DNA of 55,482 nucleotides from Bdellovibrionales bacterium (GTDB lineage: Bacteria; Bdellovibrionota; Bdellovibrionia; Bdellovibrionales; UBA1609): the NCBI GenBank assembly GCA_050246815.1, contig JBFWVI010000019.1:1-55482 (forward strand), given 5' to 3'. The notes beneath the pieces are model-generated. The model ran no database searches. It worked only from the letters and a program-made list of their open reading frames with translations, and was not told the origin of the DNA. The first letter of the stretch is position 1. Each line of letters begins with the position of its first letter. Of this stretch, positions 47,223 to 55,482 are shown piece after piece. The position numbers were made by a program, and so were the translations under genes.

Positions 47223-48464
47223 TACACCGGCAATAGCAGCCATCATAAAGGTGGCTAAAGTTCCGCCAATCACGGATTTGACACCTAAGCGGGCCAAATC
47301 ACTTTTTCTTTCTGGCGCGATGCCGCCAATTCCGCCGATTTGAATGGCGATCGAGGAAAAATTGGCAAAGCCACAAAGTGCGTAAGACAAAATGATCGCA
47401 GCGCGAGGGGAAAAGCTTGAGCCCTCTTTGGCCAAATTCATGTAGGCCACAAATTCGTTTAAGATGGTCTTTTGTCCCAGCAGCGCGCCTGATTTTAAGC
47501 ACTCATCCCAAGGTATACCCATGATCCAGGCAAAAGGCGCAAAAACCCAGCCCAGCATAAGCTCCAAGCTTAAGGCGGGCCAGCCGAACCATCCGCCCAA
47601 ATAACCCAGTACGCCGTTGATCAAGGCGATTAAAGCGATAAACGCAAGCAGCATGGCCGCGACATTTAAAGCCAAGCTCAAACCTTCACCGGCCCCGCCG
47701 GCGGCGGCTTCAAGTACGTTAGTGTATGCCTTTTGGTTGGCCTCTTTGGGAATTTTTCCTAGAGTGGCGGGGTGACCGGTTTCAGGGATCAAGAGTTTGG
47801 CGATCACAAAGGAAGCCGGGGCCGACATGAAACTGGCCGTAACCAAATGGCCGGCAATGTCGGGAATGTACTGGCGTAGCATGCCGGTGTAAGCCGCTAA
47901 AACCCCACCGGCCACGCTGGCCATGCCTCCGACCATCACGGCGAAGAGCTCGGATTCAGTCATACTTTTGACAAAAGGTTTCACCACTAAGGGCGCTTCG
48001 GTTTGACCCACGAAAATATTGGCGGCATTAGAAAGCGATTCTGCACCACTGGTGCCCATTAACTTTTGCATGACCACCGCCAGCCACTGCACCACGGGCT
48101 GCATCACGCCGATTTGGTAGAGTACGGCCATAAGAGCAGCCATAAATATGATGGTTGGCAGCACTTGAAAGGCGAAGATAAAACCAAATTTATTTAAGTC
48201 GAGCAGATCGCCAAAAATAAAGCGGCTGCCCTCCATGGTGAAATCGAGAACTTTTAAAACGCCGTCGTTGGCGGCGTCGAAAATAAAACGCAAAGGGCCG
48301 CCAATGCCGACAGCAGGAATGCCAAGGGCCAAAAGCGCGAAGACCCAGGTCAGCATAGTGCCCAAAACCACCAGTCGCCAATTTACCTTTTTACGGTTAT
48401 TTGAAAGCGCAAATGCAAGTGCCAAAAAAATAAAAACACCAAAAAAGCTGATCATTCGATCCAT
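47214..48464 (-). CDS. nupC: CNT-family Na+/H+ nucleoside transporter
   Basis: FAFQVLPTIIF, ANIFVGQTEAPL, MSAPA, KTILNEFVAY, YALCGFANFSSIAIQIGG. Confidence 0.95.
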   Translation of the reverse strand: MDRMISFFGVFIFLALAFALSNNRKKVNWRLVVLGTMLTWVFALLALGIPAVGIGGPLRFIFDAANDGVLKVLDFTMEGSRFIFGDLLDLNKFGFIFAFQVLPTIIFMAALMAVLYQIGVMQPVVQWLAVVMQKLMGTSGAESLSNAANIFVGQTEAPLVVKPFVKSMTESELFAVMVGGMASVAGGVLAAYTGMLRQYIPDIAGHLVTASFMSAPASFVIAKLLIPETGHPATLGKIPKEANQKAYTNVLEAAAGGAGEGLSLALNVAAMLLAFIALIALINGVLGYLGGWFGWPALSLELMLGWVFAPFAWIMGIPWDECLKSGALLGQKTILNEFVAYMNLAKEGSSFSPRAAIILSYALCGFANFSSIAIQIGGIGGIAPERKSDLARLGVKSVIGGTLATFMMAAIAGVLV

Positions 48465-48615
48465 CCTGCGAGGTTTGTTCAACTTATGCTCTTTGTCAAA
48501 TCTGGTGAAATCCGTCGAGCGGATGACTATCGCACGGCAGCGGGGATTCAGTTCTTGTGGTGTTGGCCGCCAAGATGATCTTGAAAAGGACTATCTCAAC
48601 CTGAAGGCCCGCGAG

Positions 48616-48630
48616 GTCTCAATTCGAGAC
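48616..48630. promoter_or_regulatory. Palindrome GTCTC-N5-GAGAC in a divergent intergenic region (candidate TF site)
   Basis: GTCTCAATTCGAGAC, with additional GTCTC/GAGAC half-sites nearby. Confidence 0.4.
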
Positions 48631-48762
48631 AAGAGTCTAGTCTGAAAACCCAAGTGATTTCGTAAAGCTGCTAGTCTCTTGACGGGTGCCTGTGGTCGCG
48701 CCCAGTTTTGAGACGCAAAATCGTCAGACCCACGGCATAATTAAAGACTTAGGGGGAAAGAC

Positions 48763-50199
48763 ATGAAAATCACTTCGCGTTTTGTCTTGGCATTGAGTTT
48801 GATTTTGAGTGGTTCCGCTTTTGCGGCCATGGAGAAGGTGACAATGCCGACCTTGGTGAGCACGGCTGGCCAAAACGTGCAAGGCGCCGTGGGGGGTGCC
48901 GTTGAAAGTGCCAATACAAAATGTTTTGACCTGGCCAATGCTCAAGGGATGGGGGCGGCTGGTGCTGCCGCGGGAAACACGGCTGGCGTGCAGACCGGGC
49001 AGGCTTTGGCGGGTGCGCAGGCCGCCAGCGGCAATAGTGCAGCCGCCGCCTTGGCCAACCAGAACGTGGTGAAGCTATGTGACGAAGCGATCTACATCTG
49101 CGGCAAAGCCGTGGTTTCGGCAACGGGCCAATTGAAAGTTCAGTACACCAATCATAGCAATCTGAAAAATGCGGCCCTGATGGCCAACAACACGACAGAA
49201 GCCAACAATCAAAATATCCAAATGGTCGAAATCGACAAAGATGTTCAGCAACTGCAGGCCTTGCAAAAAACTTGTCGCGGGACTTATGGTTTTCGTTCCG
49301 CGGCGGCTCAAGGCGACACCAGTATGAGCGTGAAAGCCTTAAAAGAGGCCGAAGCCACCCGTGATGCTTTGGCCAACGGCAAAGGAACATCGGAAAATGT
49401 GGGCGATTGGTTGGCTGACAACAAAGGCAAAGTGGCTTTAGGTGTGTTGGGTGGTATCGCCCTCCACAACATGACCAATGGTGGCGGGGGTGGTAACTCG
49501 GACGCCGACAAAGCGGCTGAACTTGCAAGGGCCGCTGCGGCCGACCCCACTTGTCAGAGTGATCGCTCTTATGAGTTTTCGCATTGTCAAAAATATTTAA
49601 AATCGCTTTGCGCCAAACCAACCGAGATGGAGGCGTCCAAGTGTAAGAAGTTCGCCGACAACTATTGCGGATACAATCAGCCAGAACCTGCTGCTGGCGC
49701 CACGCCGCCGACCCCTGAAGGTTTGGGCACTCAACTTTGTCAGGACACTTTGGCCCAGCGCTATTGCACCATGGCTGATCGTCAGGCCTGTTACAGTTGC
49801 TTGGATATTCGCGACAAATCAACGGCCACTTGCCAAATGCAACCGGCGGCTTGCGTGCGTACTCCAAGCGACGCCGATATGGTCAGTTATAAAACCAAGT
49901 GTCCTGATGACCCGGTTTTCACCCAGACCAAATGGGCTCACATTCAAGTGCCAGGTTCCAGCGGCTCAGGCGCGGTTTCCACTAGTAGTGCTAAAGCGGG
50001 TGCAGCAGGTATTATCGGTTCTGTCGGAACTTCGACTTATGGCTCGGCGTCTTTCGCCAGCCAAAGCGCGGCTTCGCTACCGGCAGATATCTCGCCAAGC
50101 GCAGGCTTGAGCGTGCTAGCGCAAAATACCCAAGTGATTCAGAAATTATGTACGCAAGGCACACTAAACAATTGTGGTGCGCGCCAGATCAATCAGTGA
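48763..50199 (+). CDS. Secreted Ala/Gly-rich and Cys-rich hypothetical protein
   Basis: AGGGGG RBS, signal peptide, helical N-half, hydrophobic VALGVLGGIAL segment, Cys-rich C-half. Confidence 0.8.
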   Translation: MKITSRFVLALSLILSGSAFAAMEKVTMPTLVSTAGQNVQGAVGGAVESANTKCFDLANAQGMGAAGAAAGNTAGVQTGQALAGAQAASGNSAAAALANQNVVKLCDEAIYICGKAVVSATGQLKVQYTNHSNLKNAALMANNTTEANNQNIQMVEIDKDVQQLQALQKTCRGTYGFRSAAAQGDTSMSVKALKEAEATRDALANGKGTSENVGDWLADNKGKVALGVLGGIALHNMTNGGGGGNSDADKAAELARAAAADPTCQSDRSYEFSHCQKYLKSLCAKPTEMEASKCKKFADNYCGYNQPEPAAGATPPTPEGLGTQLCQDTLAQRYCTMADRQACYSCLDIRDKSTATCQMQPAACVRTPSDADMVSYKTKCPDDPVFTQTKWAHIQVPGSSGSGAVSTSSAKAGAAGIIGSVGTSTYGSASFASQSAASLPADISPSAGLSVLAQNTQVIQKLCTQGTLNNCGARQINQ

Positions 50200-50204
50200 T
50201 TAAT

Positions 50205-51137
50205 CTATAGACCTAAAGCGGCCCGCACATGCTCAATGCGGGTCACGTCTTCGCCGCGACAACCGTTTTGATCACAGGTGTTGGAAACGCGGCAACTGCC
50301 TTGGTATTTAAAGTCGGTCTCGCCGCGCACCAAAATACCTTCCACTTCGCCGGTGCTGACGTTGAAGACGGCCGATCCGGAGTTGCCACCATAGGTGTCG
50401 AGGCTTGCGATCAAGAAACCCGCATTCACGGTGCGCACGATCGCGCCACCTGCCACCTTGGTGGGCAAACCCACCGGATGGCCGATCACGGCTAGTTCGG
50501 TGCCAACATCCACTGTGCCCGCACTTGAGCGTATGGTTAAAGGTGTGACATTGCGGACCGGGCGATCCAAACGAATCACGGCGTAGTCAACGCCATCCGT
50601 GGGAGATACCACAGTTTTGACCACGCTGAAACAGCGGTAAACTTGAGAGGCCGGAAGCTGTTCAGGCGTGGGTTGGCCGGCTTCGTGAATGCCAAAGCCA
50701 AAAACCACAGCGGTTTCAGTGCAATCCGTCGAACTGCGGATACAATGGCCGGCCGTGACCATCAAATCTGGGCCGACTAGAAAGCCCGAGCAAAAAGCGG
50801 ATGTGCCTTGATCTCGGAAGGGTTCATTTTCACACAAATTGTAATCGCGTCCAAAGTTGCCACTTTTGATGGCATACATTTGGCCGGGACGGGGATTGAC
50901 ACGGTTGTTGCGGATCAGTGCTGCGGTGGCCGAAGCCAATTGCTTCCAACGGACGTCCACTTGGTGCAGGTCCAAGCGATCATCACGACCGTAGACCACT
51001 TTGGCGCTTACTTTTTCTGCTGAGGCTTTGTCTTCGCCGGGGCCTGGTGCGGGATTTGCTGGTTCGTCGGAGCAGGCCGCAGTCACCAACAAAGTTGCGA
51101 ACATAAGTAGAGTCGTTTTCAAAAGTGATAATTTCAT
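50205..51137 (-). CDS. Trypsin-like (S1) serine protease lipoprotein
   Basis: GGAGG RBS, lipobox TAAC; CSGFL, TAGHC, DYAVIRL, DTYGGNSGSAV. Confidence 0.92.
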   Translation of the reverse strand: MKLSLLKTTLLMFATLLVTAACSDEPANPAPGPGEDKASAEKVSAKVVYGRDDRLDLHQVDVRWKQLASATAALIRNNRVNPRPGQMYAIKSGNFGRDYNLCENEPFRDQGTSAFCSGFLVGPDLMVTAGHCIRSSTDCTETAVVFGFGIHEAGQPTPEQLPASQVYRCFSVVKTVVSPTDGVDYAVIRLDRPVRNVTPLTIRSSAGTVDVGTELAVIGHPVGLPTKVAGGAIVRTVNAGFLIASLDTYGGNSGSAVFNVSTGEVEGILVRGETDFKYQGSCRVSNTCDQNGCRGEDVTRIEHVRAALGL

Positions 51138-51353
51138 AGATGCCTCCGACAAGTACCGTTTCGGCACTGGCGCAAAGGCGGTAAAGGCCATGGTCTTGAA
51201 TTTGGTCCGAAGTCGGTGACACATCATGGCAGTTGCCAGGACGAATGGGCGGGAGCCTGTGACACTAGATTGTAAAAAGTTACTTTGCTTAAGGCTTCAT
51301 TGCACGTTCGGTTGGGCTCTTTTATTGAACGTCAACACGCTCTGGGAGGGCCT

Positions 51354-51821
51354 ATGAAACAGTTTTTCATTCTGGTTTTGTTTGTTTTGAGTTCGACAGT
51401 CCATGCTGAGGGTCCCATCACTTACTTCAGTTGTCCGGTCAAAGAGGGCAAATTCACAGTCACGGTAAAGTTTGCGATTAAAAACCTCGATACATTCAAA
51501 GCCAAAGGGGATTTGATTCAATATCCGGGCTCTGACTCAGATATGGGTTATATCTCGGTTGACCCCATCAAGACCGGTAAATTTTATTCTAGGATGAGCA
51601 ATTTAAATGGTCAGGGCGGTGATTTAACTGTTCGTCGAAATGGGGATATCTTTTTGTTTGGCGATGGCGATGGTTATCAATTCACTGATCTTGTGATTTG
51701 GAATGACGACAGCGAATCAGATGTCATCGAGGGTTATGTGCGCGACTATGGTCCTGCGTATGGTGATGACGAATCCTTTAAGCAATTTATTAAGTGTAAA
51801 AGATCGAATAAGAAACTTTAA
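51354..51821 (+). CDS. Secreted hypothetical protein
   Basis: GGGAGGG RBS, signal peptide ending in VHA, N- and C-terminal Cys pair. Confidence 0.75.
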   Translation: MKQFFILVLFVLSSTVHAEGPITYFSCPVKEGKFTVTVKFAIKNLDTFKAKGDLIQYPGSDSDMGYISVDPIKTGKFYSRMSNLNGQGGDLTVRRNGDIFLFGDGDGYQFTDLVIWNDDSESDVIEGYVRDYGPAYGDDESFKQFIKCKRSNKKL

Positions 51822-51860
51822 GCCACCGAGCAAGGTGGGCGTAAGAAACTGACAGCCGCT

Positions 51861-53159
51861 TTAGTCCAGCACAACATCTTTGGGCCGCATGATCAGGTAA
51901 AGAATTCCTATCGCGGCCAATAAGATGCCAGCGGTGGTCCATTCTGGCGCCTTAGCTTGGGTTAGCATCAATAAGCAGGCAATTGAACCACTGATCGGGA
52001 TCAGGCTTGAGATTTTAAATTCCCCGGCCACCTTCTCACGACGCTTTAAAACCACCAAAGACCAATTCACCACAAAAAAGCAAAGCAGCAACAACACACT
52101 GGTGGCTTTGGCCAGAGACGACACGTCCCCGCTTAAGGCGAGAGCTAAAAAAATCACCAGCACTGTGCCAATGGCTATCGTCGGCGTGGATCTTTTTTGA
52201 TGCACATGCCCGAGTGGTTTGGGCAAGAGCTTTTGATTGGACATGCCGTAGAGCAGCCGTGAGGCCGTGATGAAATTAAGTAGCGCGGTGTTGGCCACGG
52301 CAAACATAGCGATCAGGCCAAAAAGCTTGGGCGGAAACCATGGCGCACTTTGTCCCATCACGTCCACCAAAGGTTGTGTGGAATTGGCCAGATCCGCAGC
52401 AGGTACCACTGAAACCGAAATCAAACTGACCAGAATGTAAATGATCGAAGAAATTAAAACCGCAATGATCAAAGCCAAAGGAACGGTGCGGTTGGGCTTT
52501 TTAACCTCTTCGGCAACGTTCAAGATGTCTTCAAAACCGATAAAGGAATAAAAAGTCAAAACCGCGCCAGAAAGTAAGAACGATATCGTCAATTCGCCGC
52601 TGGGATTGTTTTCTGTGACGGTGTCCATATAATCCACTGAGCCCAGTGCACTCGCACCTAAGACGATGATCAATAAAAGTCCGCTCAGTTCAATCACTGT
52701 GCAGACCGCGTTGGCCCACATGGATTCGCGAATGCCGCGAAAGACCAACGCGGCCAGCAGCAAGGCAAACAAAATCACCAGTACTGGGATAGGCAAATTC
52801 ACACCAAAGCCTGTTAAGTAACCAGCAAAGACTCGGGCAGCTGCCGCCATAGAGGTCAGACCTGAGGCCAAGAGAGCCAATCCCACCACATAAGAAAGAA
52901 AATTACTTTTGAAGGCACGAAGCGTGGCATAGGCGGCGCCGGCAGCTTTGGGGTAGCGTGAACCAAGACTCGCGTATGACAATCCAGTTAAGCCAGCTGC
53001 AACCATGCTCATGGTGAAGGCCATCCATACCGCATTGCCCATTTGGCCGGCGGCTTTGCCAATCAGGCCATAAACTCCAGCACCCAAAATATCGCCCACG
53101 CCGTAAAGAGTCAGCGCAATCAGGCCAATGTGTCTTTGCAATTGCGGACTTGATTTCAT
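51861..53159 (-). CDS. APC-family amino acid permease
   Basis: YGVGDILGAGVY, SYASLGSRYP, FYSFIGFED..NVAEEVK, ASRLLYGM; 12 TMs. Confidence 0.92.
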   Translation of the reverse strand: MKSSPQLQRHIGLIALTLYGVGDILGAGVYGLIGKAAGQMGNAVWMAFTMSMVAAGLTGLSYASLGSRYPKAAGAAYATLRAFKSNFLSYVVGLALLASGLTSMAAAARVFAGYLTGFGVNLPIPVLVILFALLLAALVFRGIRESMWANAVCTVIELSGLLLIIVLGASALGSVDYMDTVTENNPSGELTISFLLSGAVLTFYSFIGFEDILNVAEEVKKPNRTVPLALIIAVLISSIIYILVSLISVSVVPAADLANSTQPLVDVMGQSAPWFPPKLFGLIAMFAVANTALLNFITASRLLYGMSNQKLLPKPLGHVHQKRSTPTIAIGTVLVIFLALALSGDVSSLAKATSVLLLLCFFVVNWSLVVLKRREKVAGEFKISSLIPISGSIACLLMLTQAKAPEWTTAGILLAAIGILYLIMRPKDVVLD

Positions 53160-53187
53160 GGTGCCCCCCCGTTTTCAGGAAGCCAGC

Positions 53188-55482
53188 TTAGAAGGTTCCC
53201 ACTGAAAAGTGAATCCGGAAACGCTCCTCGCGTCTGTCTTTGTCGGTGCGAGGATCAATCTTAAAGCCCAAGTCGATGCTAAGCGGACCTAAAGGCGTGT
53301 TGTAGCGATAGCCGACCCCCACGGCATCACGATAGGGACGACTAAAGTCATAGCCCGCGATTTGCACTAAGCCGCCGTCATAAAAAAGCACACCGCCGTG
53401 ATCACCCACAAGTGTGAAGCGCAGCTCGCTTTTAAAAAGGCCATAATAGCTGTCGTTTTTGATGATCAATTCGTTACCGCTCTTCACTTCAAATTCAAAT
53501 TGCGGTGGCAATCGTTCGTTGTTGCCCGACCCGCCAAAACCGCGGACTGTGGACAATCCACCTAATATGAAAGCGTGTGAGGCGGGCACGCCGCTATCCG
53601 CGCGAGGTGAGAGATTTGACAAATAACCGCCACGCAAGCTGTTTGCCCATATGTATTTCGGAGAGCGAATTTGCACATAGCGAGTGTGGCCCAGCTCTGT
53701 GCGCACGAAGTTGATGCCTTTTGAACTTCCTAAAACGGGATCTGAATAGTCAAGGCTATAGGTTGTGTAATGGCCCTTTGTTGGCAAAAAGGGATTATCA
53801 CGATAGTCAATCTCGAGAATTGGGCCTAATGTTGCGATCTGCTGCGGGTTCGGCGTGCAGCTTGAATTGGGGTCGAAGTCGGCGTCGGTTTCGGGGATGC
53901 AACGACCATAGCGTTCAAACTCGCGACGTGAATCAAAGGACCAGGTTTTCCAATTCAAACGCCAGTGACGGTTGAAATCGCGTTCAATAAAAAAGTCCAC
54001 CTTGTTGCTAATCGTGATATTGGTTTGATTACCCTTGGTGTTGAACAAGAAAACGCGTTCAGAGCGAGTCAAATTTACGCGCCCCCGGCTTTGCGAATTC
54101 AGCAAAAAAGGTTCCAGGTAACTAGCGACAACTTCGTATTGTGGGTAGTTAACTTCGATCACATGACTCTTTAATTCTGCGCGACCGCTAATGCCGCGGG
54201 CTGTGCCAAAGAGATTGTTGTACGAAAGACCCATAAATCCACGTAAAGTGAGTTCGCGTTCGCTGTTCACGCCCGCACCCATACGAAAGCTGCCGGGGTC
54301 GCGTTCGCTGATGCTAATCACCACATTGCGCCTGGCAACGTTGGTTCCATCTTCCATGGTGCGAATTGAGGCGCGGGAGAATACACCTAGCCGGTTCAGG
54401 CGAACCTCGGATTCCTCAATTTTATTAGGGGTAAGAATGTCGCCAACTTTGATGTCAATCGTGCGAAAGATGACATCTGACTTGGTGAAGGTATTGCCGT
54501 CCAGCGTGATTTCGGCCACGATCACCTTCGGCCCCTCATAGATATCAAAGCGAATATTGGCCTGGGTGCCGCGCTCGTTGTACTGAATCAGTTCTTCACC
54601 CTCGTTCAGCAGTCGCATTTCTAGATAGCCCTGGCTGCGATAAAATTCTTTGATTTCCTCGATGCTTCTTTCAAGATCGGCCAGACGCAAGGCCGAGTTG
54701 GCTTTAACCGACAAAACCGACGTCAACTTGTTTGGCATGAACGAGTCATTGCCTGTGAAGTCCACGGTGCGCACTTGGGTCAGAGGGCCTTCATCCATGA
54801 CCACCACAATACGCGATTCGCCGGGGCGTTCGCTGGCTTCCAGGCGAGAGGACTGAATGCGTGCGCGCAAGTAGCCCTGGTTGCGAAGTTCATTGAGCAA
54901 ATTTTCGTAACCTAATTCCAGGTCCTGACGGTTGTAAAATCCGCGTTTGATCAGGTCCGAGCTGTTGTTGCGCAAAAACTTTTCGTAGTAGCTGTTGGGA
55001 CGAGAAACGCGTCCTGAGATCAAGATTTCACGTACCCGCACCCGTTGATTTTCGGTGATGAGGATGCGGACTCGTCTTAAAAATCGTTCAGGTATTTCAG
55101 TTACTTTGCTTTGCACATCAACATTGGGGTACCCCAATTTCAGGTAAGCCTGGCGTAAACGGTCCACAGCTTCTGCCGCCGGATCGGATGTGCCCCTTTC
55201 GATGGTGTCGGCGCTTAATGCCCGATAGGCATCGGGGGGTGTCATCTGTTTGGCTCCATCCACCGTGAATTCGTAAGAATAGGGTTCGCTGATGCGAAAA
55301 GAGAGTTGGGCTTGCAGCTTGTCATCACTGTATTTAGCTTCAGGCCCAAGCAATTCACTTCTCAAGAAGCGGTGTTCCTTTAAAAAAGTCTCGATTTTTT
55401 TTCTAAGAGACGCTACGGAATCCATAGTGAGAGGCTTTTTACGTAAAGGTATGGTGAATCGGCTTAATCGGTCATTGAGATT
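53188..55482 (-). CDS. Omp85-family outer-membrane protein with multiple POTRA domains (TamA/BamA-like), 5'-partial
   Basis: Frame open to the window end; POTRA repeats (Y...GY); LGGLSTVRGF; YNTPLGPLSIDLG; terminal VGTF. Confidence 0.9.
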   Translation of the reverse strand, partial: NLNDRLSRFTIPLRKKPLTMDSVASLRKKIETFLKEHRFLRSELLGPEAKYSDDKLQAQLSFRISEPYSYEFTVDGAKQMTPPDAYRALSADTIERGTSDPAAEAVDRLRQAYLKLGYPNVDVQSKVTEIPERFLRRVRILITENQRVRVREILISGRVSRPNSYYEKFLRNNSSDLIKRGFYNRQDLELGYENLLNELRNQGYLRARIQSSRLEASERPGESRIVVVMDEGPLTQVRTVDFTGNDSFMPNKLTSVLSVKANSALRLADLERSIEEIKEFYRSQGYLEMRLLNEGEELIQYNERGTQANIRFDIYEGPKVIVAEITLDGNTFTKSDVIFRTIDIKVGDILTPNKIEESEVRLNRLGVFSRASIRTMEDGTNVARRNVVISISERDPGSFRMGAGVNSERELTLRGFMGLSYNNLFGTARGISGRAELKSHVIEVNYPQYEVVASYLEPFLLNSQSRGRVNLTRSERVFLFNTKGNQTNITISNKVDFFIERDFNRHWRLNWKTWSFDSRREFERYGRCIPETDADFDPNSSCTPNPQQIATLGPILEIDYRDNPFLPTKGHYTTYSLDYSDPVLGSSKGINFVRTELGHTRYVQIRSPKYIWANSLRGGYLSNLSPRADSGVPASHAFILGGLSTVRGFGGSGNNERLPPQFEFEVKSGNELIIKNDSYYGLFKSELRFTLVGDHGGVLFYDGGLVQIAGYDFSRPYRDAVGVGYRYNTPLGPLSIDLGFKIDPRTDKDRREERFRIHFSVGTF

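Noticed and set aside
48770..49867. 365-aa ORF on the minus strand
   Set aside because: Antisense shadow of the 48763-50199 gene, which has an RBS and signal peptide; Arg/Pro/Cys/Trp-rich composition is typical of non-coding frames
1..55482. CRISPR arrays, tRNA/rRNA genes, prophage or defence genes
   Set aside because: No regularly spaced direct repeats, cloverleaf or rRNA-like tracts, or phage/defence proteins were recognised; intergenic gaps are short

Overview
Gene-dense chromosomal window (about 50% GC by eye), most likely from a predatory Bdellovibrionota bacterium. This is inferred from the Agl-Glt-type gliding cluster, the orphan FliG-C gene, the multi-POTRA Omp85 protein and many secreted hypotheticals. 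Main blocks: (1) 1-6100: hypotheticals, ExoD, a secreted metzincin-motif protein with a partner gene, and a sigma28-driven FliG-C protein. (2) 6154-18312, minus strand: an Agl/Glt-like locus (MotA/ExbB plus two ExbD; GltD-F-G, Ig-like lipoprotein, beta-barrel, GltC, CglB-like vWA lipoprotein). It is split by pldA and an FkbM methyltransferase. Both halves carry a near-identical sigma54 promoter plus a palindromic upstream site at exactly the same 73-bp offset, and no gltE is present. (3) 18561-23563: secreted proteins, FkpA, EEP hydrolase, M17 aminopeptidase, CsbD. (4) 23656-39399, minus strand: a glycosylation locus with ColD/Gmd/Fcl-ColC (probably GDP-colitose), a divergent WecB, three GT2s, a flippase, a methyltransferase, three large GT-C-like membrane proteins (one TMTC-like with TPRs) and a CinA/NadD-like fusion. 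(5) 39450-end: mlaC, fadD, gpmA, lon, DUF6580, nupC, a trypsin-like lipoprotein, an APC permease and a partial TamA/BamA. No rRNA, tRNA, CRISPR or mobile element was recognised. Several genes appear to have leaderless mRNAs. All family calls come from reading motifs, not from database searches.
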